From: Takakia lepidozioides
Lineage: Eukaryota > Plantae > Bryophyta
Assembly: GCA_030704615.1 (NCBI GenBank)
Contig: CM060734.1
Span: 50,158,001 to 50,222,000, forward strand
Direction: 5' to 3'
DNA: 64,000 bases
Part shown: piece after piece, positions 47,966 to 63,189 of the stretch
Layout: every line of letters starts with the position of its first letter
Position numbering within the stretch: the stretch's first letter is position 1
Program-made: the position numbers and the translations under genes
Notes under the pieces: model-generated
What the model was told of the DNA's origin: nothing
What the model saw: only the letters and a program-made list of their open reading frames with translations
Database searches by the model: none

Positions 47966-50099
47966 TGAACAGATAGTACATTTGATATTATTCCCCCACA
48001 ACAGCCGTCATGCTGCTAAAATGTTGTTGAGAGATGTGATATGCATACAAACCGCAAACGTGTGGAGGTACTCCAAGCCTAGGGCCACCCCCAGCGCAAC
48101 TTCCATTCGCTTGTACCAGCTCAGTGTTCCGCCTCGCTTTCCTGCACTAAAATGGACAGTTCTCAAGTTATCCAAACACAGGTTCAAAACTTGCTTGTAA
48201 GCAAATACAAGCATCACCTATAGTCCACTTGTCCCTCTCCTTTCTCCTGCCAAGCAGGACACCTGTGGCTCAGTATACCTAGTATGAGCACCATTTACCA
48301 ACTACCTCTTCAAATTTTCGAATGAGTCATGAAGACTTTACCTACATTGCATAACAAAGAGGCACATACCTAAAACAAATAACCCACAATGCTGAGAAAC
48401 TTAAGTTACTCTGGGTTCACGAAAGATAAAACACGTGCAGACAGCATCTCCACATGGTGTTTCTCTTTCTCACTCGTGGACCACACAGAATGTAGGATAG
48501 CATAGAAAACAGCTGTGATCACTTCATGAATCCTGCCGCAAGAGAGGTGGATTGTCTAATATTTGTCAGGGATGGATAGGATAGTGAGCTGACCTGACAG
48601 GTGTGTGCCCAGATTGCCATTCTTCATTAACTCATACACCAGAATCTGCTGACCCATGCCCCATCCAGCTGATGTTGACATGACTTACCTTAGACCGCAA
48701 ACTCACAAGTAGGACGGTAATATTGGCAAATAACATTTTAGCAATTTCAGAACTTGCAGGGAGGAGAATGACAGAGATGATGGATTTAGAAGTATGCCCC
48801 ACTTGACAAACACCCTATAAGGAAATCCAGTTTGTTGTGGCACAACTTGTGATACAAATGATAGGAGGAACAAAGTGAGTATAATGCCTGCTGTCCAACA
48901 TCATCACAGAATCCCTCCAGGCGCACCAAGTGGCGGTGATGCAGTCGGCTGAGGAGTTCAAGCTCATTCCAGAACTCACTGCGGCCTTGTAAACTTGAGG
49001 GAGAGGCACGCTTGATGGCCACAAGAGTCCCATCCTCAAGACAGCCTGAATAGACTTGCCCAAACCCACCAACGCCAATGTGGTGCGTCTTTCCAAATTG
49101 ATCAGTAGCTTTTGCAAGTTCTTGTATTGTGAAGCGATGAATGCCTTTAGGGACTTCCCACTGCTCTGTGACTTTCTCTTCTGCTAAAAGAACTCACCAG
49201 GAGTTGGTAAAAATGGTTGCAAGTCGGTGTTGTTGGGCAATTGACTGAATGCGCGTTCAAATCCTCTTGAAAGCAGTTCCCTTTGGTGTAACTGCAGGCA
49301 CATCAATGTACCACCAAGTTTATGAGCCATATTTCTGCACCAAGCAAACTATGGTCAACAGCTCACCGGGGGAGCTCCATGGAGGCCAGTCCCTCCTCCT
49401 TTCCCTTCTCTGGGATTCTTTCGCCATTGTGCCTTGCAATCCTCAAATTGGAAGGAAGATAATGACATATATGACAATCAATAGGCAGTTCCTTACATCA
49501 CTGAAATGTTGTTGACAGGCTGAGGTCCATCAAAGTAGTTGCAGCTAATTGAACTGCAAAGCCAGACCACCAAAAGCCACTACAGTGAGTCTCTGCTACA
49601 AAATATCAATGTGAGATCTAGTGAACTCTGAGCTCACATTTGAGTGGTAACCAAAAATCAAAACATAGCCACATACCAGGAAAAGAAGCATGACAACAAA
49701 GGCATCCCAAACAACAGAACAACAAAAAGGAAGGAAACAAGAAAGAATGCTGTCTCGTCTCGTTAATGTTTTAGATGCTACGATACAGGGCTTTGGCCTC
49801 AATCTAAGCCAGCCAGGGGAACAAGCCAAAAGACTATGGCAAGTAGAGCTAATGAAACCCCCTATCGTTCAGAAGATGCAATTTAGAAAGCCAGAGTGAA
49901 TTTCATTTGCAAAATCCTGATGCTGTAGTGATCCTTCATCTGCTCTCATCCCATTCCCCATATTCTCTCTAACCTGCTCTACTGTATGCAATCCGGTTCA
50001 AACTGGCCACAAGGTTACACCCAGTGAAATTGGAGGTCATATTGACTTTCTCATTGGTTTTGAGGACCACCTTAATAGCGTCCAGCTTGGACACTACTG

Positions 50100-50330
50100 A
50101 CCTGCAATTCAGTCAGATAAAGAAAGGGAAGGAGATAAAGGCGCCGAAAGGTAATTGGGCCGCAAGATTCTATCATCTCGGAGAACCAAGAATGTCTCTC
50201 AATAGAAATGGAGCTTTGTTGTGAGATTGGGTAGCTTCCAAGTTCTCCTGACATGTAGTTCCATAAGCTCCCTTCTAATGAGTCTGTTGCGATCCTGTTT
50301 GGATGTGATTTCCACCCCTTCCAACAGGGT
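50100..50330 (-). mobile_element. RTE LINE fragment in an RLK intron
   Basis: Closely similar to 55090-55280 (AATTGGGCCGCAAGATTCTATCATCTCGGAGAACCAAGAATG...). Confidence 0.75.
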
Positions 50331-53300
50331 AGAACAAACCAAGAACTAGTTCAGGATACATAGTGTTGCCCAAAGATGAAGCAGGTAAGCTGCACTTCCA
50401 ATTTGTGGACATCAGGGTGAGGATAACATCCACAATATGCAGTGAGTGGTACTCTGGTGGCCTCAGCCATTGGCCGAGGTGTACTCTAGGAGCAATTTAC
50501 CAGGAATAAGTCTCAAATCTTTGTTAGGTCTAACTGGGGAACCAGCTGTTCCTCAATTTGCTGACCAGTTTGCCTCTCCTTTCTGTAGAGAAGAGGTGCT
50601 CTGGTTTCAGCTAGTAAATTGTATAGCTGTGGACAGCATAGGATGTTTCAAGGACTCCCTGAGCACTGCACATACTTCAACTAGTAGACAGCATCCCATC
50701 TTATTTCCTTTAATAGAATCTGTTAAACCATTGCATCTCATTCCAAAATGCCTTCCTCCAAGATAACTGATTTCTCTGAGACAGATGAGTTGCAACTAAT
50801 GAAAGTCCTTGTGATGCAACAAAGAGAGACTAGGACCAACAGACAATTCAAAAGAATAAATCAAAAGTGTGACTTTTCCAACTTGAGTAGAGGGACGCAG
50901 AAGAACAGAGTATGGTTGAAACTAGTGAGACAACTAGCAGAAGGTGGCAAACTCACGTCACGCCATGGGCTTGTTGAACCATAAACGTAGGATAATTTCC
51001 ATAAAGTTGATTGTTTTGCATCTCCCTGAAAACACAACCACAGCTGCAGATGAGTGTCATTTTGAGTCATCATGTCTGCAATATGCAATCAATAACCACA
51101 TAATTTTGCAGCTGTGGCTCCATAGATGGCATGATCCACACGGAAACTGTCTAAGAAATCACATGCACCAAAACAATTTGAAAATATTACGGAAATATAA
51201 AAAAGACCCGCCCTCTAAGGCCCACTGGCAATGGAAGCCAGGACCAAGAATAGTGTCATACAGATCAATCAAATGAGGCATCAGGTTGGTCCAACCTGAG
51301 GGAACTTCTCCTTTTAAATTGTTGTTATGAAGAAGCCTGCAAGCCCAAGAGACAGAAAACATCCCCATTAGGTGGCAGCCTTCTAGCCATAGACCCCAAC
51401 GGGGAAGGAGAAAGACTATGGCATTGGACAGAGGGGTGAAAGATTGTACAGTCACAAATGAAGCTGGAGAAAAGAGACAACACTAGAAAGGACCTTTATT
51501 TGTCAATGGCAAGCTCGAAGTGCATATGGATATCGAACAAAATACTAACAACCCTATGGCTTCACAAGACAGGGCCCTCGAGAGATGAGTTGCCAGAGAA
51601 TTTCTGGTCTCCAAAACTAAATGCCCCTGCAAGGAATGAGCGGCTTTTAATGCGACAGAGACAACAGATGAAAATGGAAATATAGAGAGAGGGAACCCTG
51701 CTCAGTTCCCTGTGAATGACCAACAGACACAAAAGCAACTGGGTCTGACAATTTCCGCTTCTCATGAACCCAATGTGTTGACTTGAAGAGAATTTCTTTC
51801 TTTCTCTCGTCCCATATGCTCTTTTGAGGTGTACATTGACATTATAAAGTACCATTTCATTTCATTTCCTTTCCTTTCAGCAGCCACCAAAACTTTTATG
51901 CCACTTTTTCCCTCCATGAGCTTCATGAGCTTCCGGTTTAGATTCCTCTGTGCGAATGAATAGTCCTCTAACCTGACTCTGTAGTTCCTATCATTTAGGG
52001 GCCAACAACGTACAGTTTCTGCAGATTCGGGAGGTAGCCATATTCATCAGGCAAAGGTCCATACATCTCCGCCGAGTGGAAGTTTCTGTCATGTACAGAG
52101 AAGCCAATACTTGTCACTCATGGACAACATCACAAAGTTAGAGAGATAAGACTACAGACAGCAACTTGAAGTGTACCAGCATGTTGCTAAAAGACAACCA
52201 TCCATAAAGTCCCTAGAAAAAGAATCGATACCCTCATCTTGCACCGCACACAAATTACAACTCTGCGTACACCAGGGGAGTAAAATCACACAACTGCTCC
52301 ATGAGGGCTATCTCCTTGTATGACTATGCCCTCCACGTGCTGAATCTTTATAGGGACAGATAACAAGTACATTACTTTCCTGACACATAAACCTCTTTTC
52401 AGCCACTGGCTGTGGTTAAGAAGAAGTAAATGAGCTTGTGACCAAATTACCCAACACGGCCCAGAGTTCATAAAAAATAAGGTACTAACTTACATATACT
52501 GTAGTTTGGTGCAATTACCCAGCTCGCGTGGCAGTGTGGACTTCATAGTAGTGCCCCACATTGTCCTGCATCATGATAAGCATAGAGGTAATTGCAAGAG
52601 GAGCTGGTCTCTCTGAGACTTCAAGGAAGAAAATCTCTCTCTCACTTCTTTCTTTGACACTCAATACTCGCACCAAAAACCAAATCTCTACCTGATCCCC
52701 CTCCTTCTTGCTCTCTCTCCAGACTGTGCATACTGGACAAACAATCCCACTTTGAAAGTAGTCATTCAACAAAGCTTACTTCCATAATTTGGTCTCTGCT
52801 AGAACTTCTAAACATCTCTACTGTAGTTGCAGAAGTCTATGATGGACACTTGGGTACACTTTTCCATCAAATCATACAGATTTCAGAAGACATATCATAC
52901 GTACACCTGAAGCTTGTTCAGTACCCCAGATTTATTTACTGCTTTGAGCAAACGTGGCATCGGTCAGAGGCTAGCTATTGATGATAGTGAGTCCATGAAG
53001 ATAAGAAACTTACACTTCCAACAATTCCTTAAGGAGCCCAAGCTCGTCTGAAGGAAGAGGTCCAGTCAACTGGGAGTTGTTACCCAAATAGCTGCCACAG
53101 TCACTTACTGAATTAGACTTCCAACTGCTAGCCAGATTCTTAAAACTAGGAACTTTTTAAATAACATGGAATGTACTCAACCATTGTCACCACATCTCCC
53201 ATTTCTGGGGTTTCCTGAGGGCCATCTCTAGGAATAGTTCAGGGCTTAGATCTGCTGAGAGGAGATGCATCTGCAAGTCCAGAATGGACATTATTACAGA

Positions 53301-54050
53301 CACACGTAGCCACTGCCCATACTGCCTGCAGATTCAGGCTAACACTGTTTCTTCTTTCCCCTCATTTGTTTGGCTGACAGAGCTCTCAGTAACATTTTGC
53401 AAATATCATAGAAAACATAACAGGCAGAAAGGACCCGTACAGATGTTGCAGCTTCTGAAGATTCTTGATTCCAGGAGGTACAGATCCACTAATTTGGGTG
53501 ATATCTAGTGCCCTGCAGCACAACAAGGAACTGGACAGATTAAGGCAGTCTTCTTGAAACTTTCAATGCATATTGATAGATTCTGCAATGCTACATGTTC
53601 CCAGAGGAGTCTCAATTCGTTAAACTCCATTTGTTGATTTGTAAACTTTTGAGTACCATGTGCTGGGTCTAAATGCAGCAGATTCAGTTGGTGGACAATA
53701 TCCATTCCTCATTGCTTGGACTATTTGCCAATGAAGATACCAATACTGCGCTCTGAAACATTACTCAAATTATGCAAAGATAGGCAAGTTAATATCAACC
53801 AATAAAACAAGGTGGCCAGGTTTTCATGGTGTACCATCCTAATAAAGACTTGAAGTAACCACAGTGCACAGTATGTAGGACTCTCATTGCAACTACACCC
53901 TTAAATTTGATTGGTGCTGAAATGTGCTTGTAGCAACCACAAGGGGAAGCTAAGTCAACCCTGAATCATCATTAGCCACAAGCCGGTGCCAAAGTGATAA
54001 AAATTTACAAAGATAAGAAGATCACACTATACATGCCACCCTTGTTAAGA

Positions 54051-54093
54051 ATGTACTCATAAGACGTTGTTCGCCGTAGCCTTGTGGCCTTGT
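54051..54093 (-). mobile_element. ~43-bp extremely 5'-truncated LINE 3' tip with a 17-bp TSD
   Basis: TGCCACCCTTGTTAAGA at 54034 and 54094 flanks a sequence matching the 3' end of the LINE at 55585-55627. Confidence 0.8.
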
Positions 54094-54685
54094 TGCCACC
54101 CTTGTTAAGAAAGCTCATGAAAGATACAAACTTCAATGAACACATTATAATCTGCCTGAAAGATGGGAGGCACGAATACAAAAAGTGACAAGACCAAAGT
54201 GGTCAGCAACAATTAAGTACACCAAAGCAGCAAGGGTCTGGGACTTACAAAGTAGTAAGATTTGTCATATTCAGTAAGACTGGAGGAAAGGGCCCTGTTA
54301 ATGAATTTGAGGTCATTATTCTGCATACACACATCCAATTCTATTATCCCCTGACTATTGTGAAATGTACTCTAAAACATGCAGAGTCAAATGGTGCGCC
54401 CAGCACTCAGAAATAGACCATTGTACCATCCAAGGAGCTCTACAATGATTAAACATGCATGGCACCTATGCCTTCCTAAGCAACTTTTGCCAGGTATCTA
54501 CATGACAGATTCCAGCCAGTCTTCTTACGACCTGCTGGGCGACCACACTAAACAGATTATCACCACCAACAACTGCAGTAGCATTTTTGGTTGTCATGCA
54601 CTGATGGACAAAAAGGATAAAAACAGAAAAGTGACAGCTGGTAAGGAGACAGAAAGAGAGACAGAAAGAGGGAACCTTGAGAGAG

Positions 54686-55569
54686 AAATGAAATGAAATG
54701 GTGGTTTATAACGTCCGCGGGAAGCTCATAGAGCTTATGGGACAAAATGGAAGAAAACATGAGAGAGGAAACAAAAACCAGAGCCAGAGATAAAAACTAT
54801 TGTTCGAGTGATTGTCTAAGGGTGAGTACCTCGTGCAGGTAAGCTGCCAGGCATTTCTGATCTTCATAGTGAAAGACTTCAGTGAGAGATTGGGTTCCAC
54901 GGAATAGACAGTGGAATCTCCCAGGGTATAGGGGCAATAGAAGAAGTGTTCTTCAGTTTCGATTTCCTGGTTGCGCCCTGTGCAAGCTGGACATAGGCGG
55001 TCCTCCCGCTGCAGGTTTTCCCATCTGCCAGTCTCTATCCGTAGGTTGTGGGAGCCCACCCTGAACCGCCCCAATGCCCTCAGGAGAGAAGGAGATAAAG
55101 ATGCCGAAAGGCAATTGGGCCGCAAGATTCTATCATCTCGGAGAACCAAGAATGTTTCTCGATAGAAATGGAGTTTTGTCGTGAGGTTGGGGAGCTTCCA
55201 AGTTCTCCTGACATGTAGTTCCATAAGCTCCCTTCTAATGAGTCTGTTGCGGTCTTGCTTGGATGTGATGTCCACCCCTTCTGGATTCACTGGTAATAGT
55301 GAGGCAACAGAGAGTCCATGGCGTTCCAAAAAGGTATCCACTCGAGCATACCAGGATTGTTTGAAACCTGCATTTTTTAGCCTGATAGATGTTGCGAGGG
55401 CTCTGGCCACAGGCCCCTTGGGGGGAAGGGCGTGTAACCTATGCAGAAAATTGTAAGCCGGAAGAGGGCCTCAGTTTGCAGTGGCACGCATGCGAATTCT
55501 GCACTCAGGATGTGAGATGGAGTTGTGCCTCTGGCAGAGAGAAAGACGTGGGAATATCCTAGGCTGCCA
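54686..55569 (-). mobile_element. RTE-clade LINE 3' portion with (CATTT)n tail
   Basis: LGRFRVGSHNLRIETGRW..RLCPAC..ETEEHF; tail ACCATTTCATTTCATTTC. Similar isolated tails occur on the + strand at ~47550-47582 and ~51842-51868. Confidence 0.85.
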
Positions 55570-55584
55570 GGTGATACCTATATA

Positions 55585-56723
55585 ATGTATTCAAAAGATG
55601 TTGTCTGCCGGAGCCTTGTGGCCATTGACCCTGCGCCCGGTTTGAGCGGAACACAAAGGGACAGAAACTACCTTTGTCAGGGGCCGACGCCAGTAGTATG
55701 ACATACCTTGAAACATGCAATTGATCCCAGTTTTCCAGGTATCCTCTAGAAATCCCTTCACACAAACATCAATCTGCTGTGTGTGATGCGCCCAATAACT
55801 AGACTGCAAAAGGGCCTGGGCTTTTGGCTCAGCCATGAGATTTTCGAAGTTGGTAAACAGAGGTACAGTTCCTTTGATGAAATTGAAAAGGGTGTCTCTC
55901 TGGTGAGAGGACCCAGGACAGTGAATCAGGAAGTGGATATTGTCTTCAGGTTGCCCACACAACAGACACTTACAATCCCCCTTTCCTCTGTGCGTCTGTT
56001 TGCTGTTCAAAGGTAGGCTACCCGCCCTGATTTTGAATTTCAGTCTAGTGCCAAGAGTGGGTAAACCCTTGAGGTCATCCATGATGGCCTCACTCATGTC
56101 ACAGACTGGAAACAGGTTCAGGGAAGTTTTCTGCCTAACTTCATTTTCATCAGACAATTTAACTTCAGCCTCTAAGGCAGATTTATCCAGCAGGGTCATG
56201 GCTTGCGGACTTAGATTCAGATCCTTGACAACCTCTTCTACCCTCTTCCGCCAGGACTTAGCCTCTTTTGACAGGGCGCTCCTGCTTCCAAGATATAGAG
56301 TCGATGAACTTAGGGTATCTGGTATTGGTCATAAGTTGCAGCTGACCCCACCATCTGACCTTGAATTCATCGCGTCGGGAGCTTAAGGGAGGAATGCCAA
56401 ACTCACCCCAAACAGCCACATTATCTGTTTTGGAGCATGCTGGCATGCACTCCTTGAGCACCCCCACTTGAATGGATTCTGGAGACTTAGCCTGGTTGGA
56501 GTTATCAACCCACACAGCAGTTGGGGTAGGCCTAATAACGCAGCAAAGCATGGTTTTTTTTACTTCAGAGTTGATCCCTCTGCAGTGGAAAAATTTAGCG
56601 AGACCCAACGCTTTGCGCTTGCCCAATTGAATCACTTTCGGTATATGCGCTTCCCAGTTACAGTTGGAGGAAAACTCAACCTATGTAATGTACTCATAAG
56701 ACTTTGTTTGCCGTAGCGTGGGT
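55585..56723 (-). mobile_element. Second RTE-like LINE 3' portion flanked by a 15-bp TSD
   Basis: VIRP..AVWGEFGIPPL..LKFKIRAGSL..CLLCGQPEDNIHFLIHCP. GGTGATACCT(A/T)TATA at 55570 and 56724. Confidence 0.8.
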
Positions 56724-59700
56724 GGTGATACCTTTATAGTTGGAGCAAAAGGAGTACTTATTATTCTGAATAGCCTCAATATGCGAAGTCAACAACAAAA
56801 ACGTTACAAAAAGTTTCAAGAAAACCATGACACCCATGTGACCAAAGGTGGAGAAACTCACAGACTCGAAAGATTTGTCAGGTTGGCAAAATAGGAGGGA
56901 ATGGTTCCATTGATTGAATTGTAGCCTAGGTTGAGGTATTGCAGATTATTGAGTTCACCAAAAGCAGGGATAAGTGGTCCCGTGAGCCCTCCATATGACA
57001 GGTTCCTGAGAGCTACATTCAAGGGAAACAAGGTCAGCCAAAACAAGAGATTGTTTCCACTCCTCTCAAAGCGTGGCCTAAACTAGGGAATGAATTGTCA
57101 ACTAGGGATTTTGACCTTAAAATGTAGAAATTGCCATGCTCATGATAACAAAAGTGGTAAAAACCTTGCAAGCCCTGTAATCTACCCTACAGAGGAGTTC
57201 AGTACCAGGGGTCATGCAAAATTAGTTTCTGAGGTACAGAGTATCATGACAGAGGCCAATCCGACCAGAAATCATTCATCAGATGCAGGATCCCATTCAT
57301 TGGAAGTGCAAAGATAGCCCTCTAAAAAGCCATAACAGGAAGTTCATCTCGTGGTCACTCCTACTCAGGGCACGAAGTCAGATCTCCTCACCCAAAATTG
57401 TAGCCACCTGTTGGGCTACTGTGAAAGATACCAATTTTGCAACATTGGAACATTGGAACCCTGATACAGACACCTCCAGAAGGAAGAAAGAGGAGAGTGG
57501 AGATGAGTGTTGTGGAGATAAAGAAGACGAGCTGGGAGAGGGACAAGAATACCAAACAGAGGAGAGGTGCTTACAGCCCAATTACGTGGCCATCTGATGA
57601 ACAATTCACATCACTCCACATGGGAGCACATGGATCTAGACCGGACCAGTTAGTAGACAATCCATACTCCGTCTGAATATTTAGCAGTGCTTGCCCTGCA
57701 ACCCCATACACCATAGCCCACTCAATCTCAAGAAAGAACTCAAATTTTGAGGCTGAATGGTCGATATTCAATGGACTAATTAATTGAGTCATCATAGAGC
57801 CTGCCTCCATCCGAGGTCTGACAGGTTTGTTGTGGTAGCTATAGAAATTTGTTGCAAGGAGCCTCAAAAGCTGAAATGCCCCAAGGACTTGCAATTTTCA
57901 GGTCCAACATTCATATTTGCACGTGCACAAGCATGATATCACGTCAGACCTCTTTCATGGACGAAAAAAGTTGTTGGCCAAAGCCAGGATGTTCAATCCA
58001 ATAGAAGGGGTGCATATATGATATGCAAAGACGCTGCAGGGCCAAATCCATGTACGTTTGGAGGTCAGTGAATGGAGCACGAAGAGATTTACATTTTGAA
58101 TCATGCCTCTCCCTAGTCCACCCTCATTTCTCAGACCGGCCACTTTTTTTGGCCACAAGGCTTTGACCCAAGCATCACTCGACATTCGAAATCTAGTGGG
58201 ATGAACAGAAGCAACCCAATGAACAGGCAAAAAATTAGGTCCTATCCAATCTGCCAATACAGCCAGCCTCATGTGAATAGGTACTACTTTGGGAAGGTCA
58301 AACCGAACCTTCATATGTGGCATCGCAAGATACGGCTGCACAGAGCAGCGCCAGTAGTGCTAGCGCCAGCCCCCTCTGCATGGCTTCCAACCTTCAAAAG
58401 CTGCAACGCATTAACAATAAGTATCAGCTTCTTTCCACCGTTACACCTGATGGAGGAGCAGATCGGGATGGAGAGAAGTTCAGTAGGAATTTGCAAAGAA
58501 GAGGTAATACATCCACATGTGAGCATGATTGTACAAATTATTATTCCAGTATGATTCCCCAGTCAAGTGCCTACACGCAGTTACAAAGTGACCTTTCAAA
58601 TATCTCCCTCAAGAGATCACGTATATCTTCTCGAAGTGCTCCAGGAAGACCCCCCCGCAATGAAGTGTTTGGAGGTGTGCTGCCACTATACGAAGTCATG
58701 TATCCGATATACCACTGCTATAGGTGTCAACAACAATATATTGCGTAATAGCGTTCTCAGAAGTGGTGAAGCAGGCAATGAAGGCTTTGTGTGAACCAGT
58801 ATCAATACTATGTAAGGTAGGCTTTGGTGTTTGTGAGTGCATGAACTCCATAACACTGTATCATCTCTTCAATTCAACCTTTTACAACTCAAGAGTATCA
58901 TGAGCAAAGCCTTCTCTCTGTGGATGCCTTCCTGGCAATCCCGGACGCTCATTCCACATCGATCTGATTAACCAGGGTCACTCTCTTTAAACCAGGATTG
59001 TCTCTGGAGAGATTCCTGTAAGTTTTATTTCACCTCACATTTTTTTCATGGTGTAAACGCTCCAGCTGCATGGAACCTGCTCAACCCCTCTAGCAACAGA
59101 GACTGCCGAAACATCGTCCAACTGTCCAAGACTTTCCAAAAAGCCTGCTGTAGCACACTCGTCCAACCTTCCTCTCCTTACGTCCGCTACAACTTCTGCT
59201 CACAATGTAACCCGCCACATCTCTTCCATTCCAGACCAACCGCTTGCAACTTCCAGTAAACTGCATTCTCCATATCCACAGGTGAAACAAACGAGGAAGC
59301 ACAAACTAACAGGCGAAATGTTTGCAGAGTCTGCAGAGGAAAAGAGCAGCCTGCACAGAGGCAAGCGGTAAAACGAAGGGAGGAGGAAAGCAACTCCGAC
59401 TGAACACTATACGATTCGTAGCCTTAATTTTCCCTGCTGCGAATTTTCACGATCTCTGTCCGTGCCTGATCTGCATTCCTGTTGCTCCAGTGACTGGATT
59501 GTGAGCAGCAGCGAATAAGTGCCCGAGAACAGTGTAAGAAAAGCTTCCCGCAAGGAGTAATTGTTGGATCCTTTGACTTGCCGCACCAGCATGGATCACG
59601 GATTCCTCCTCAACCGGATCGCTGTTGACCAGGCCGCATCCTAGGCCGCAACCTCGGAACCTCCACTAATTATAACCTCACCGTGTCCCCCCCAGCTGAC

Positions 59701-59775
59701 TCTGGGTTCAAATCACGGGTGGTATTGTATATTGTCCAGGTATATAGGGCTGCGCCTGGTATGAAAAGCCAGACA

Positions 59776-60027
59776 TTTTTTTTATTTCATTTTTATTTTA
59801 ACGGAAAGGGGACAGAAAAAATTAAGAGAAAGGGAAACACCCGGCTGGGAGCGACAGCTCACAAATCAGGCCCCTTAATTGTAGTGAGAGGAGAAAATAA
59901 CCTCTTTCACAGTAACCGTGGCATGGAGGCGTATAAGTGGGACACCGCCCAACACCCGTCAAGTAGCAAGATTTGACCCCAGACTCATCTGGGTGGCACT
60001 CAGTGCACTTAACCAACTGAGCTACTG
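59776..60027 (-). mobile_element. tRNA-derived SINE
   Basis: Minus strand GTAGCTCAGTTGGTTAAG (A-box), GGGGTCAAATC (B-box), A-rich tail. Confidence 0.65.
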
Positions 60028-60066
60028 ACTGTTGGTTTTTAAGTATGAAAGGGAGTCGACACAATA

Positions 60067-60300
60067 GGCTGGCCGGGTGGTAAAACACCCTGTGCATTGA
60101 CCTGTGGGTTTGGGGCTCGAATCCCTGTAATCTGTCTCTCTCTGCCTTGGGGCTGGGGCTCTGTCCCTGTTTGCCTTCATGGCCCCATATGTAAGAAGGG
60201 GTCTCCCTCAAGGCACAGCTGCTAGCTGGCGGGGGGGGGAGGGTCCTTGAAAACCAAAAAACCACTGTTAATCAAATTTAAAAAGGAAAGGAAAAAATAA
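60067..60300 (+). mobile_element. tRNA-derived SINE
   Basis: GGCTGGCCGGGTGGTAAA (A-box), GGCTCGAATCCC (B-box), A-rich tail; related to 10776-10945. Confidence 0.65.
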
Positions 60301-61200
60301 ATGCTATGCAATAAGTTCACTTCAGCTTAGTATGGATAACGTTGGTCCATCCGCGGACTCTTGGCATCAGTTTATAGTAAATCGAAAAAGGCAGGGTGAC
60401 CTAAATTTGGTGTGAGAGAAGAGGGAAAAGAATGTTGTGAAGCGGGCGAGGAGGCGCAGCAGCCTTGGGAGGAGACATGACACAGGGACGCAAAGTTGCT
60501 GGCGTTGCTGCACTGGCGGCATAGGGCCCATGCTGTGCAAGTGGATGGATAGTCAATGTGACATCAAATCTGGACGCACCACCTTGACCACTATATTGAC
60601 AATGGGAGTTCTAAGAACAGTAAATGTGCACAATGAACGCATACAGACTAAAATATTGGCGACATTTGAGAGTTCCGAGGGGCGGAACCTTCTGGAATTG
60701 TCGTATTTGGCAGACGCACTTGAAGGAGCAGGACAACTATATCGTGAGCGTGGACTAGAGCTACATACCGATACCTCACAATCTCTAACAAAAGAGGAAA
60801 GTACGCAGCAAGGGTCTGGAATGCGATGGCTCATTCACGCTTGCAATCAATCTAACTTAAGGGGTCGGTGTACCAGACAGCATGCCCATGTTCTGATCGT
60901 GCAGTGAGACTGTCTTCGGGACAGGTCATGTGCTGCTCTACGTACCACACAACAGTCCAAATCTTTGACTAGCGCTCTGTCTGCGGGAGACAGTGGGACT
61001 CGTCAGTTACTTCTTCTGGTCAGTAAGATATTCACACGCGCAGTGTCAGCACTTGCCGATCTGCAGCAAAGAATGGGTTCTAATACATAAGTAGCTTGTC
61101 AAAAAAGAGTCTACTGTAACTGCATGTACCGTACGGACCTAGCTTATTAGGCACTTCCTCGCCTAATAATTAATAAAAATGGAATATTATTAGGCAGATT

Positions 61201-62106
61201 CGTTTTTTGTTTTTCTTAAAAGAGGAACGGAGGCCTCTTAGCTTTATATATTAGGACATAGAACGTCCGAGAAGTACAAGAGGAAAAAATAACCTCTACC
61301 AGGGTGCCATAAGGCTGACCTAGGAAGACGATGCTTTGTGACCAAGTTAAGAGAAGGGGGAGAAGAGAGGTCTTAGATCAAGGATAATCCATATACCAGG
61401 AGCCATAAACCAGTAAGACTAGAGCCTAACAGCAGTGCCCCAACCATCAAGATGCTTGAAGAGCCCTCCCTCGGTCACTACAAAACTGGGGAGCAGCTAG
61501 GCAAGGCCCAATCATCTCCTTCTATCTACTATGCATTTGCGACAGGCTAAACCATGAGAATAGCGAGGAAATCCACAGAGAGCCACTCAGTAGACCTGCT
61601 GACTAATTTAGGCTACCAAAAGATAGTGCCTTCGCTTTGCCCTTCTTAAGAGATTTACTCTGCCTCCAATTGACTTCAGGCTCATCCTCACCAAAGGGGG
61701 AGCGCATGGAGCTAAGAGAGCTGCCAGCCCTCCGGGAAGTTGTCATTCCATTGAACCCTCAATTCTGATAATCTGGTGCAGATCTTTCCTCGTTTGCCCC
61801 AAGATTGATCAAACTCTTGGAGGAGTTTTTTACGCCTCCTCTCCCCACATCTGGAAAGAGCTGAACCCAACACACCCCAAGCTTTCCGAGCCTCAGTCAT
61901 GATGTCTGAGTGAGTCATAAACAGTACAGACCTTATTGAAAACGGCTTACCCGAAAAAATCAGATCACATCTGGCCTTCCACACGTTCCACAAAGTGTGA
62001 GCCCTGAGGGCAGCCCAAACCGGACATTTGGTCCACAAATGACCTCCCTGAAAATTTAAAAGCAAAACAAACAAAGCAATGCTCCAGGGATTCTGTATTT
62101 CGCAAC
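61201..62106 (-). mobile_element. 3' end of an L1-clade LINE
   Basis: CPVWAALRAHTLWNVWKARCDLIFSG..EARKAW parallels the L1 C-terminus at 40850-41130. A-rich tail at ~61203-61218. Confidence 0.8.
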
Positions 62107-62107
62107 T

Positions 62108-63189
<1,082 letters not shown>

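Noticed and set aside
59960-60130. Genuine tRNA genes
   Set aside because: A/B boxes are present but there is no full cloverleaf, and they continue into SINE bodies and A-rich tails.
60437-60907. 156-aa ORF
   Set aside because: Non-ATG start, no recognisable motif and no splice support.
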